From positions 22,258,001 through 22,322,000 of the forward strand of contig OZ249438.1 in the NCBI GenBank assembly GCA_965235115.1: a stretch of 64,000 nt of DNA, in the 5' to 3' direction. A program made the position numbers and the translations under genes. The stretch is from Laetmonice hystrix. Lineage: Eukaryota. Under the pieces are notes generated by a model. That model saw nothing but the letters and a program-made list of their open reading frames with translations, did no database searches and had not been told where the DNA came from. Of the stretch, positions 49,836 through 62,570 are shown one piece after another. The stretch's first letter is position 1, and every line of letters begins with the position of its first letter.

Positions 49836-52800
49836 AAAGGTATCATGAAAGGGACAGAGCGCGGTAACCACTCCGAAACAAGTAAAAGAGAAGGTCATGG
49901 AAGAAAGAGAAATATAGACACGGAGATATAAAGACTGACACAGACTGAGCCTGGCGCTAAGTAGCCAGGACATAGGGAGACATAGACAGATAGACTTACA
50001 GAGACCTAGCAGTTTGTCCAGTCAATCTGGCAGGCAGGTGAGGTTTAACTGATATAGATGTACGTACTAACTAACCTCTACTCACTAACAGGTAACCTTG
50101 ACGGTCGGTACAGGGGAACGACAGCACCTAACTCAACTATGCGACATCAAGTCAGTACATCATGGACCTTCTCTCTCTCTCACAGGCCCCAAAAAACTTT
50201 TCAAGACCAACAAGTGCGCTGTGGTTCGAATAAAAGTAACTCCATCCCTGCCCACTCTTTGAGAATATACAACTCACTTCTCCTTGAACTGGAGCAAGTG
50301 TAAGCAAATCACAACACGTGCGGACGGCATGGATTGAAATGACCAATATATTACTGGGTGAAAAACTCTATGTTTGAAATGTGAGCAATAATTTATAGGA
50401 CAATGGGTGGACCCATCGGTGGGCACTGGTAGCGAGGCTGGGCCGCCAACATCTGGGCTGGGCAAGGCTGGGGTCTACCCGTGCCTGGGACCTGACGTGT
50501 GGGGGTGTAGGGGGAGGAGATCGGTGGAGAGGGTGGGGTGCCGGGGGGTGGGGGGAGGCACTGGCCACAGGGGGGTGGAGGGTGTAGAGACAGGCAGGCA
50601 GACAGACAGACAGACGGAAAGGGAGAGGGACAGACTAGGCGGGTGATGACGGACGACTGGGGTAACTACCCAGCGGTGACTCCATGCTAACTGGCCACAC
50701 GTCAATCTTACCCCCTTCACCTGCCTCTCTCCATCCCCTCCCCATGGCCTTCCATCATGGCGCCCGCCCACGGTTAAAATATACCCGACTCACAGCCCCC
50801 CCAACATGAGGAGAAGAAAATACTCCCCCCCCCCTTCCGGATATCATTATTGTACAATGATACCCCACCATCCAGATACAGCAATGTCATGATTTGTGTC
50901 CGGTTTCCACGAGGTAATACTGAAACCATTGAAGGCACTGGATAATTTAAGAAAAATGATACCTTTCACTTTGAAAAATTTCCGTCACAAAAAGTGTATT
51001 TTTAAAAAGCAATGCAGTAAATAAACATGTGGATCACACACACATAAACTGATTAGAAATATTGACATTCACAGCTATCTGCACTCAGCCATGGAAAATA
51101 ACTGAAACTCCTCTCTCTCCACGTTTTCAAAACACTGGTCAATTTCACGCCTCTGTTATCTTGATAAAGCTCAAATCAGTGAGTGTGTTTTCAAGCGTTT
51201 GGACGCGGGCCAGGATATACTGTAATCTACTGGAGGCTAACACTGAGAGTAATACTTCCCAGTCATCCTGTTCTCCATGTGAAGGGTACAAGGAATGTAT
51301 GGTCGAGACCGGAGACCAGGGTGCGCCGCCTATCGCCAGGCCTACAAAACTCACTCTCTCAGTGGGCACTGCTGGCCAAGCAGTTTTTTGTGTGTGACAC
51401 GTCAAGAGTAGCGACAGGCCGAATACCACAGGGTCCCAGATTTCATTACCCACACATAAACCACCCTCGCCCAACTGACCGGCATAGTTTGCCCATTTTT
51501 CACTTCGACTTATTTTCTCAGGTTTCTTAAACGTTTCCCTTTCACTTTCCTGTGTCATCAAGGAAAAGCAAGAGCGCAGATACAGCGGTTGAAGTTTGGA
51601 CATTTTTGCTGCTTTATGCAGTGGTGAGATGGTTAGAGGTGCAACCTAAGACCCACCGATGATGGCCGTGTGAGGCTCCAGCCGGCAGTCTATGTGTCAA
51701 GGCTGTCCGCCTGCACACGGTTCGCGGCTACTCTTTCAGCTAATAAACCAGCTGAGGACGACTAAACGATGACTAAACGTTCCAGGCAAGATCAGAGAAG
51801 CCGGTCATTTGAGCATGGCCATGTCACTGGCAGGAGTCGGTCGGTGGTTGGTCCAGGGTCCTCTCCCTGCCCACTGCCACACGTCCCCGGGCCCTACCCG
51901 CCTCCTGAAAGGTGGAGTGGGGGGGGGGGGGGGGGGGGGTCTTCAAAGTGGAACGTTTGATGGCGGGTTGAATTTGGACTCTCCTAACTTCAGCGATTTC
52001 CCACTGCTAATGTAGTAGGCACCCACCCCTCCCCACCTCCCATGTATCTCTCTAAACCCTGCCGGTCTGGTTTGAGTCTGGCAACTGTATAGCCGTTAGC
52101 CCCCCCCCCCCCAACACACACACCCCACACCACTACCCCCTCCCACACCGCTTCCAGCCGTACGTACATATATCTGCCATCACCTCCCTCAAGCCCCCTG
52201 TCAAACACACCCCATCACTAGCCATCCCTCATCACCTCAGCATCATGTGCGTCTTCCTCTGCCGGGTAAAGTGAGCAATAATAGTTACCAATAGTCACCA
52301 AAATTCCACTTACAGATGCCGTTGTTCGTTTTTCAATCTGCAACCTCATTGACAGCACCCAGTAGCTGTCAATCTTAGAAAGCCTCTAATACTTTCTTGA
52401 GAGCAAAAGAGGATCTGTACATATGATTCATGTTGTCAAGTGAACAGAACAACCACCATATTAACAAAGCAATATTTCATTGTTGGAACATGTTGAAAAA
52501 TCACAAACTCCTCCAGATAATTGAAATATTACGGCGGACTGGCATGTTTGAAAATGTGTGGTTCGAATCAAGTTACTCAATGCAGGCAACACAGCTTAGA
52601 TTTATTGCTACATTCTTTGAAGGCAGAGCCTTCAAATAATAAACACTCCATATTAGCCAATAATGCTTGAATGTCTTTGACCATAACGCTGAATTGCAAG
52701 CTAAAAAACACGGAATTCAATAAATTCACGTCATGTCAAGTCCTTTGCCAAACCCATATTTCTGCTGTCTTCGCGTGGAGCCCTGGGGCAGACGATAGAA

Positions 52801-53764
52801 GCAATGTCCTCATTTCAATGAAGGCATATGAGAAGCAGGAATAAATATGAATGAAAAATATAGTTTTACTAATATGAGAATGATTGACAACAGACATTCA
52901 AATGAAAATTTTATTTGAAAATCTACCCAATATCAAAGACATGTCTATACGGCTTTGATCATGAAGTTTTAGAAGTTTGAAAAAAGTGCCATCATCTCCG
53001 GACTGTGGTGTGGTTTGTAAGGAGGTGGAAAAAGACCGGACGTTAGAAGTTGAGCCCAGCGGTTGAGGCCAGCAGTCGCATGGCAGCTCGCAATGAGGGC
53101 TCACATCACCACATTCACGGGGGGTTGGGAGGCTCACGTCACCAGCCCGGTAAGCTGAGACAACAGTACATTAATGAGCAGGATAGAGAAAACATGCTCA
53201 CTTAATGAGAGAGGAAGGGAGAGAAGCACATAGAGAGAGAAAGATATGGTGATGACGGCGATGGTGTGGACGAAGATCGTGAGGTCACCAGATGTCCCAC
53301 TTTTCAACCCCTCTCCCTCCCCCTCCCCCACCTACCACCAGATAAAGAAACGACTTGATGTCATGGAATAACAATAAGGCCAAGCTTGGATCGTCTTGCA
53401 GGCCGTTTGTAGACGTCCTGGCCGAGTTCTTCATGTGTTATTATGGTTTCAGTTCACAATAAAGGCACTCAGATCTCAATACTCCCCACCCTGTAAAGCC
53501 GGCCTCCTGCCATGCATGCCCTATCCTCCTGCCATGCGACCCCCTCCCTCCTAAAGAAGGATGCGCCCCCTCCCACAAGAAAGAAAAAAAAACATATCCG
53601 ATATCCTCGCGATATCCTCTCGGGGACAGTCGGTCCAGGAAAATACGCGCTCCTTGTTACTCGGAAAGAAACCAGTTGAGGTGAACGACCTCCATAAAAA
53701 CCTGTCTGGTATTACACTCAAGTCAAATGTCAATCGACCAATTCTTGGTTGAATGAGGGGTATG

Positions 53765-53870
53765 TTGGAGGAATCTATGTCACAACATACGATCATGATC
53801 TATGCGAGAGATTACATTGGAGGAATCTATGTCACAACATACGATCATGATCTATGCGAGAGATTACATT
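53765..53870. repeat. Tandem duplication, 52 bp x 2
   Basis: TTGGAGGAATCTATGTCACAACATACGATCATGATCTATGCGAGAGATTACA repeated exactly. Confidence 0.95.
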
Positions 53871-55025
53871 AACAAGACAGAGAATGACCGTAGTAAGTAT
53901 TCCGTGCCTTCACCTGTAACGGGTCACAGTACCACTCTTCTCACTGCATACACGTACTCTGAGATATATCAGTTATAATCTTACCAGTCCCAAACCACCA
54001 ATCATACTTGGCTCTAGCTAAACGATGAGAGGTCCGATTATCAAGATATAATAACGACACACGCGGCGATCTCAAATAATTATTATAGGATTTCACAGAG
54101 TCACTCTGAAACCAGCTCAAATATAATTGGCCATGAATTGAAAGCGAACCCAATCGGTCCCTCTGAAGTGATAAGTTGACAAAAGTTGTAAGTAGTGATT
54201 GCAGGTAAGCGCACACCTTGTCGCTGGAGTCTGTGGGTGTGGTCATGATGATGGGGGGGGGGGGGGGGGTGGCAGAACAAAGGCCTGATGGCATTGTTAC
54301 ACACACAACACCGACACGCTACAGAGACTGGCGAACAGTCCGCCGACCTACGTTTAATTGAAGGCTGCAGCGAAGACGGTATCAGCATCAAAGGCCAAGA
54401 ACGGCCATTTCCCATCAAAGTTTCATTACAGAAATGCCAGGCTGAAGGCTCATGTTCTGATGGCCACGTTAACCTCCATACCATAACAACTAAACGTCCT
54501 CGGGCAAGGCAGCACACCCAGCTTTCACTTCAAAGTATCGAGTTATAATTAAAATCCAAATGATTTTAGGAGAGAAAAAAAAGTCAGAGCGGTGGGTGTA
54601 GAAGATGGCCTACATCCTCAACACCGAGTGCTATAATTAAAAAGATTTTCTCCGGGGTTGTCAATGGAGTGTCATGGGGTGAGGGTGTGTGATATCTGTG
54701 TGAGTATGGCGGGATGCGGGGGTACATGTGTAGGCTGGGTATCATGAGATCAGAAACTTTCCCCTAATATTCTGTCTGACAGATTTTAACGGCTCAACCC
54801 ATGCTGTGTGCTAGACTCGACGAGAGATGTTGGCGAGGAATGAAGGCATAGTTGAGAGGGGGAGGAAGGGTTGACAGGACATGACAAGGTTGCCAAAGAC
54901 AACAGAAATATTAAAATGGGGAAACGTCTTTAATAAAATATTTTCATATAATACTACAAGACATCAGAGTGAGACTGAAGCGATCGATTTACCATTGGTA
55001 GTATAATCTCCCTATAACCAAGCAT

Positions 55026-55480
55026 CACTGGTTGGAATAATCTCCCCACAACGACCAGTCACTGGTTGGAATAATCTCCCCACAACGACGTGTCACTGGT
55101 TGGAATAATCTCCCCACAACGACGTGTCACTGGTTGGAATAATCTCCCCACAACGACGTGTCACTGGTTGGAATAATCTCCCCACAACGACGTGTCACTG
55201 GTTGGAATAATCTCCCCACAACGACGTGTTACTGGTTGGAATAATCTCCCCACAACGACGTGTCACTGGTTGGAATAATCTCCCCACAACGACGTGTCAC
55301 TGGTTGGAATAATCTCCCCACAACGACGTGTCACTGGATGGAATAATCTCCCCACAACGACGTGTCACTGGTTGGAATAATCTCCCCACAACGACGTGTC
55401 ACTGGTTGGAATAATCTCCCCACAACGACGTGTCACTGGTTGGAATAATCTCCCCACAACGACGTGTCACTGGTTGGAAT
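55026..55480. repeat. Minisatellite, 34-bp unit, about 13 copies
   Basis: Unit CACTGGTTGGAATAATCTCCCCACAACGACGTGT; a degenerate copy precedes the array. Confidence 0.97.
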
Positions 55481-55852
55481 GTCAATTTCTGACATATTTC
55501 TTTCCATCTCGAGCAGACGAGTCTGAAAGTCCGATAGATTGGTCACAGTATCAGTGATTGCGGGTGGTGGGTTGTTCCAGCATTCTGACTGAGTGGTTCA
55601 TTGCTAGGACTCACTCACTGCAGGCTTGGAGGCTCAACCCAGCTGGCTAACTACCCCCCCCCCCTCCCCGGTCCCAGCCCAGGGCCGGCCAGCGGGCGCG
55701 AGTCGCCGCGTGCACCCTACCCGGCTCGCCCCGCCGGCTGGGAGCACTGCTTGGACAAGCAATAAGAGATCAATGGTTGGAGAGTGCATCATTTGGTCGC
55801 CGGATTTATTGATCAGCGGGTTTGTCAATGGTCGCATGGCCGCCGCCTCCAT

Positions 55853-55868
55853 TGACACCCGGGTGTCA
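55853..55868. promoter_or_regulatory. Perfect 16-bp palindrome resembling a T-box dimer site
   Basis: TGACACCCGGGTGTCA, compared with the Brachyury palindrome TCACACCTAGGTGTGA; lies in a GC/CpG-rich island. Confidence 0.3.
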
Positions 55869-58569
55869 GAGATGTGAGAGGATTCGCCCGCCCAAATTAC
55901 CATGGCTATTGGCAGGGAGGGGTACAGAGAGGGTGGGGTGGGGGTGAGATGGGGTGGGGTGTATACACGCACTGAAACACAGCTCAATCTTCATGTACTC
56001 ACCCTGATTCGTAGTTGATCTGAAGACCTGGGAAATGCTACCCTTAAGGTGTTCAAGACATTGCCGGGTTATCCCTGAGTGGTCACTCCGGGCCCGCGGG
56101 TACTTGGGGGGGAAGGATCCATCAAGTAGAGGGGTTGGAAAGGGGGTGATCCGATTGAGAGGTGCAGGGGGGCTGTGAGGGGCTGACCCCTACGGGATCG
56201 ATATTAAAGGGATGTTGGTTTTCTTGTAACTGCCCCGACTGGCCTTTTGCAGACATGTCACAGATGTCGAGCACTGATTCAATGCTTGCCAAATAGCCAT
56301 CAATTAGAGTAGAAATCCGGAGTCTCATCTCTCCGGCTTACACGGTTCTCACCGACCACGCAATAACACGGCTTGCATGGTCGTACATGCATACATGCAG
56401 ACCGGCTGGGCAGGGGTGCGCTGGGGTGGAGGGGGTTGGGGTGGAGGGATTAGAGACTTGCTGGGAGAGGGTGGTCAAATCTACAGTTACATCACCCCTA
56501 TACCGCCCCCCTTCCCGCTCACCCCTCACACACATAACGGTCCCACTTTGAACCCCAGCTCTCTCCCACTTCTCAACGTCGCCGTGGCCATTAAACTGAC
56601 ATATATTTACTTGCGGGTGTGTGGAGAACGGCCCGGCTCCAAGGCCTGGCCAGCAGGGGGGTGGCTGGATCGATGTCAGGGTTTTTTTCTATGACAGGCG
56701 AGTGGGGCCTGGCCTTCAGAGTATGGTCAGTGATCCAGCCATGAGCTCTCATAAACTTTCCCGGGCGGAGGCGGGGGGCGGGGGACGCGGACACTGGATC
56801 AGTTACATGAAAAGTTATTTTGGGTTCTAACTATCCCATCCTCCTTGCGTCAGTTTTTTTAAATATATTTTTTCCTCCATATTTTTCACTCCATGATCCA
56901 TACCATGGGATGAAAACATGATCCCGCCGAATCCAAGACACATGGAACTTTAAATGATGATAGATCACCATCAAATTGTGTGAAGTGGTGGAATCATAGC
57001 CTGACCACCATAATAAATATGTTTAATAATACGATCAACTCTTGCCGTCTCCTACTCCACCATCCCACTATACTGCTGGTATCCTTCGACAGCCCTGCTC
57101 GCTCGTGTCCCTCGGAAACCTATATATCATCCGCAAATCAACTGGGTGAAATATTGGTTTTATGGCAGCCAATACCCAATGTCAATGACCAAGGTCGGGC
57201 ATCAGGGGAAGGAGGAAATTTATTTTTCATTTCCATCGTCCAATGTCCATGTCCAGGAATTGGCATTTGGTTTCAATTGTGGCACGAGACTTTTTGTTAT
57301 TGAAGATGTCTGGGCTAGGTAAGTGATAACATCTTGCAGGGCTTATTGGTTCGTGGCCAGCTGGCCCGCGCCCCTGTCTCTGTCCCTGACCCTTCGCCTG
57401 GCTAGGGGCACGGAAAAAATGGAGCAAACTGGTCAAAATCAACCCAACAAAATCTCCAGGCCATAACTGAACTGTCCGCCAATCTGTTTCTATCCAACAG
57501 ACACTTGAAGGAATGGGGCCGCCTGGTTGGCAGTGGCACGGGGGTAATCAACTTTCCCTGCCTTTTTTTATATTTCAGCCGCCTACAGAAGCCTGGTCTG
57601 TCGGCTGACCACTCTGGCTACACACTGGCGTATTTGTTTAAACCCCCAGGATGGAATCAGGAGTTGACCGTCCGTGTTGGAATGGTTGGTCCTGATTCTC
57701 TCCACCCCAATCCACACACTCTTGGCCAGCGTCCACTCCAGGGTCAGCAAGTATATACAGCAAGTGGCTGTCTGACCGTGATCCCAATTTATTTCAGGAT
57801 CCAGCCAGCCCGGAAGGACATGAGCAACCGTTGTGGAGGAACGTCCACGGTGGCAGCCTGCCTCCTGGGTTCAATCTCATCAGGTATGGACAACACTGAC
57901 CAGCGCTGACCAGTGCTGGCCTCAGGGAGCCGTCGGACAGTCAGGACCCTGGCCCGGGTTGGATATTGATCCATCAAAGCCACTCTAATCTGAGATAATT
58001 CCATCAAGTGTTTATCTCTACACGGAAGGCATCCAGAGAGAATACATATTAGGCCTTGATCTGAATGTCGGTAATCCATGCTGGTAATCTCTTCAAGAAA
58101 ACCGAATCCTGGCACCGTATGCTGTGCAATGCTCCTCTCTATGTGTAACTAATCAAAGTCAGTGGGACAATACAGATCCCATTCTGGTCATCCTTAAAAA
58201 TAATACGATTTAATAAAAAAAACATGCCTTTATGAAGGGAACCTTGCAGGGGGATGGTATTCCTCACCAGATACAAACACGCATGTCCGGCCAGGCCAGC
58301 GCTTTTAATGGTAGCCACGTCATCGATTTATACCGCTCGATGGTAAAACCAGTTTACTGTGACTACTTTCTATTGGTGGTAAACTCGGGCTTTAGAGCCG
58401 GCATGGAACCTCGAGGGACTTCATTTAACACACTACCCGTTTCTACTGCTGTTCATGGTCAAGTTCACCCAAGCAACTTAACAACGATACTGGGCCCGAG
58501 TGGCCACCAACTGATGGAATAAAAATACGATTTGACCACTAAAGTCATGTCGTTCGCGTCTCGGAGGTG

Positions 58570-58595
58570 GCCGAAATGCCATTTCGGCGTCTAGT
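58570..58595 (+). mobile_element. Helitron-like 3' terminus (hairpin plus CTAG/T)
   Basis: GCCGAAAT-gcc-ATTTCGGC hairpin followed by GT-CTAG-T; 5' end not identified. Confidence 0.35.
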
Positions 58596-60089
58596 CTCGC
58601 CATCCCCTGTTGGCATTGGATCTTAGTGGGCTAGTCCACTGCCAAAGCTCACTTAGCAGCCTTGATGGCAGCAAGAAAGCCTTGGAATCTAAGGATAAGC
58701 AGGCTTGAATCTGTCCAGTTGTCGGCGTTTTCCCCTTTGGCTCGGAGAGGGCCTTGCGGTCCAACAGGGAGCTTTGGTAGATGCAACTATTGTGTGTAGA
58801 ATTGAGGCCAATTGGACCCCGGTGACCGGCCTGTCCGGAGAACTGGCGACGACTCGAGTAGAATACAGATGAGCATTGACGCAAGATGCTGTCTGCCGGA
58901 GCGGATGTAGTGGTCACTGGTGGGCCAACTGACCACGGACGGCCATCAGGTTGACCGCCGGCCACGCTCCGCTGGGACCTGGCTGGCCAAACAACAAGAG
59001 CCATTGATTGATCCTGGAGGTGGCCCTTGGCTGTCTTCTCATGGTCCTCTGTGTCCAGTTGGTATGCCCCGTACCGTGCCACCATCGACCCCGACCGGCC
59101 CCCACTGACCGTCCCGCCGTCAGAGTTGGCAGACTGTAAGGGCTCGGTCTGTGGTCTAAAACCCTGCCATACAGCAGGTCCCAGCTGATGAGGCCGGCCT
59201 CACCGCCTCTCAGACAATGCCAGTGATCTTTAAAGGTCGTTTAATGGATCCGCCGAGAAATAAACCGCCCATCGCTTTGCTGTCTGAGTGCATGAAAAGG
59301 TTGTTGCGTGGGTGGGGTGGGGTTGATGGGGTCTGGGTGGGGGGGGGGGGTGAAGGCCCGGGTATGGGGAAGTTCAAGATGCTCGCATACTGTCCAAATG
59401 CCCGTCTGATGGACTCAAATGGACCTAGACCACATCGTTTGTGTGGTGCTCCTTTTAATCCAAGGCGGGCCACTGACCTTACACTTAATTCATTATGTCC
59501 AACACCTCCCTCTGAATACACCAACTCCACGCAAACATTCAATTGCCACAAAATGTAGTCCTTTCTCTGCTGCTTGGAGAGTGACCCATTAAAATATTAA
59601 GGACTCCTCAAGGCAAATGGTCGGAGAGTGGTTCGAACGAGACACTCTGCTGATCGGCTACTTACAGCTAACAAAGCCCTGGCCAGTGGCATTCAGCGTG
59701 CTTCTGGTCGCCTTACCAGAAAACTTCACATACATCTTACTGCCGAGAGAGGGGGCATGACAGAGAGTTGTAGCGAGGTGAAGGAAATCGGGCCATTCGA
59801 TTGGCTGTCATGGTCTGCAGGTCGAGCCCCATCATCAATCATGTCGGGATGTAGGGGGGTGCAGGGGCAGGGAGGGGGTGTAGGGGGTAAGGGGTAAGGG
59901 GCCGTCTTTTGGCTGGGACGTGATGATCTGCACGCCACAGTTTGGATTTTTTTATCACTCAGATTCTGTGATCTTTATGTATGGTCAAGTATCTGGTTTC
60001 TGGGCACGGCAACACTTTTTTTGTGCATGCGTGCTGAAGTCTGGGGAATGCAGGGAAATGCTGACCCAGGGAGTTCCTTCTCGATATTG

Positions 60090-60222
60090 NNNNNNNNNNN
60101 NNNNNNNNNNNNNNNNNNNNNNNNNNNNNNNNNNNNNNNNNNNNNNNNNNNNNNNNNNNNNNNNNNNNNNNNNNNNNNNNNNNNNNNNNNNNNNNNNNNN
60201 NNNNNNNNNNNNNNNNNNNNNN
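60090..60222. other. Assembly gap (133 N)
   Basis: Run of N. Confidence 1.
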
Positions 60223-60410
60223 TTGACTAAATCTCTTGGTGACCTCTGGATCCACTGTATCACCCCCTTGATATCCATCAACATGTTGGCCAGGTATCTT
60301 GTAAGAACATTTGATTTTTTAAAAGAAAAAAACGAAAACACCGAGAACTGTCGGCAACGTTTGCATGGTGATTATGGAGTGTCGAGGAGCCTGTCCCAGA
60401 GTAGAGTGAT

Positions 60411-60656
60411 GGTATGAACAGCACCCAGTCCTGTCGAGTGGTAGGTGATCTGGAATGAACAGCACCCAGTCCTGTCGAGTGGTAGGTGATCTGGAATGAA
60501 CAGCACCCAGTCCTGTCGAGTGGTAGGTGATCTGGAATGAACAGCACCCAGTCCTGTCGAGTGGTAGGTGATCTGGAATGAACAGCACCCAGTCCTGCCG
60601 AGTGGTAGGTGATCTGGTATGAACAGCACCCAGTCCTGCCGAGTGGTAGGTGATCT
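60411..60656. repeat. Minisatellite, 41-bp unit, 6 copies
   Basis: Unit GAATGAACAGCACCCAGTCCTGTCGAGTGGTAGGTGATCTG. Confidence 0.97.
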
Positions 60657-61916
60657 CGGAATCTCCACCTGTAGAACCAGATCGGACCTTCATGTATACA
60701 GACACTGCACCCCGAGTAATACACTTATTTCGATCTCTGCCGTTCCATATCTCAGTAGCAATATTTCAGCGCGGGATAAGTCCCTTTTGCCCTTGCTCTC
60801 TGAGGATGTGAATCTTTACTGAGATTATAGTTTTAATCCTCTTGATGTTAGATGTTTTTTCTGACCTGTTGGGCAATACCCGAGGGCCTCTGATCTCATA
60901 CTGCTTTGTTGCGCAAGCATGGCGAAGCAGGCTAATGTACGGGGTTGGAGGGGTTGGTGGGGGATGGGATCGGGGGGCATGGTTCATTATTGTTACAGTA
61001 AGTACGACAGTAAGTCGGAACAAGGACCGACCGCTCTTACAAAGCCGTGCAGGAGGTTCCTTTGTCTGAGTCAGCGGACTCCCTTTTAAGCATTGAGAGG
61101 GCACGGTTAGGTTTAATACGGTAATCTGGTGGTGATCACTGGTATGTAATCAGCGTTATTCTCTACCGCTGGGATCCTGGCATCACCCATAGGAATCAAC
61201 CTCTACTGCCGCCCGACTCGGGTGTCCCCCAACCCTACCTCCCAGGGTAGCTACCTGGGGCCGGGGGTGTGGTGGTAGGGTGCATTAAGTACCCTGAAAC
61301 ACTCTAACCGCAGACTTGTGACGACAACCCTTCTCTTTCCTACTGCAGATCGAGTTCAGGTATAGATAGGACTGTGTGTGTGTTATCCTCGCCTCACATC
61401 GACCTCGTCCACATCACTACCTATCCCACCACCATCATCACACTCCGACTGTCGATCACTGCTGGTCGGCTGTACTCAGCTACCCTGGTGATGTGATAGG
61501 TGTATCACTATATACCACCGATATCACCTCCCCCCTGCCGCCACCCCCTCCTCCCTCACCCGCTGACCCCGATCTCATGGCACGGCTACCCATCCCTCGT
61601 CACGGCTACAGGTGCGGGTTGTGGATGATGCTGTAGGTGTGACATATACTCTTACTATATGTACAGGTGTGGTCGGGGTAGGTTGTCATGACGCACCAAG
61701 GCACCGTACCCTTGGACCCCACGTCATCACCCCTTGCTGCCCCACCCTCAGGGGTTAAGATGAACTGATCAGTTCTCGCAGAGACATCTCTTTCAAATTC
61801 AGCAAAGTGTCATCGCTACCCTCCACATTCAAGTGGATCTCAGATTGTACATGCCTTCCATGGCCCTATCACAAGTGGACGTTGGACTTCTCTCTCTCCT
61901 GTTATCACGACCTGCA

Positions 61917-62570
61917 ACCTGCAACCCAAACTTCCCCCTATTACGTTACCATGAGTGGACCTGCAACCCAAACTTCCCCCTGCTACGTAACCATGAGTGG
62001 ACCTGCAACCCAAACTTCCCCATGTTATACGTAACCATGAGTGGACCTGCAAACCAAACTTCCCCATGTTATACGTAACCAGGAGTGGACCTGCAAACCA
62101 AACTTCCCCATATTATACGTAACCATGAGGGGACCTGCAAACCAAACTTCCCCATATTATACGTAACCATGAGTGGACCTGCAAACCAAACTTCCCCATG
62201 CTATACGTAACCATGAGTGGACCTGCAAACCAAACTTCCCCATACGTAACCATGAGTGGACCTGCAAACCAAACTTCCCCATGTTATACGTAACCATGAG
62301 TGGACCTGCAAACCAAACTTCCCCATGTTATACGTAACCATGAGTGGACCGGCAAACCAAACTTCCCCCTGTTATACGTAACCATGAGTGGACCAGCAAA
62401 CCAAACTTCCCCATGTTATACGTAACCATGAGTAGACCTGCAAACCAAACTTCCCCATGTTATACGTAACCATGAGTGGACCTGCAAACCAAACTTCCCC
62501 ATGCTATACGTAACCATGAGTGGACCAGCAAACCAAACTTCCCCATGTTATACGTAACCATGAGTGGACC
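61917..62570. repeat. Minisatellite, about 44-bp unit, about 15 copies
   Basis: Unit ACCTGCAAACCAAACTTCCCCATGTTATACGTAACCATGAGTGG, with short indel variants. Confidence 0.97.

Noticed and set aside
50688-50708. RLTCGQL as the missing BCL11 ZF0 (DLLTCGQC) exon
   Set aside because: The second Cys and the downstream F..HK..C residues are absent
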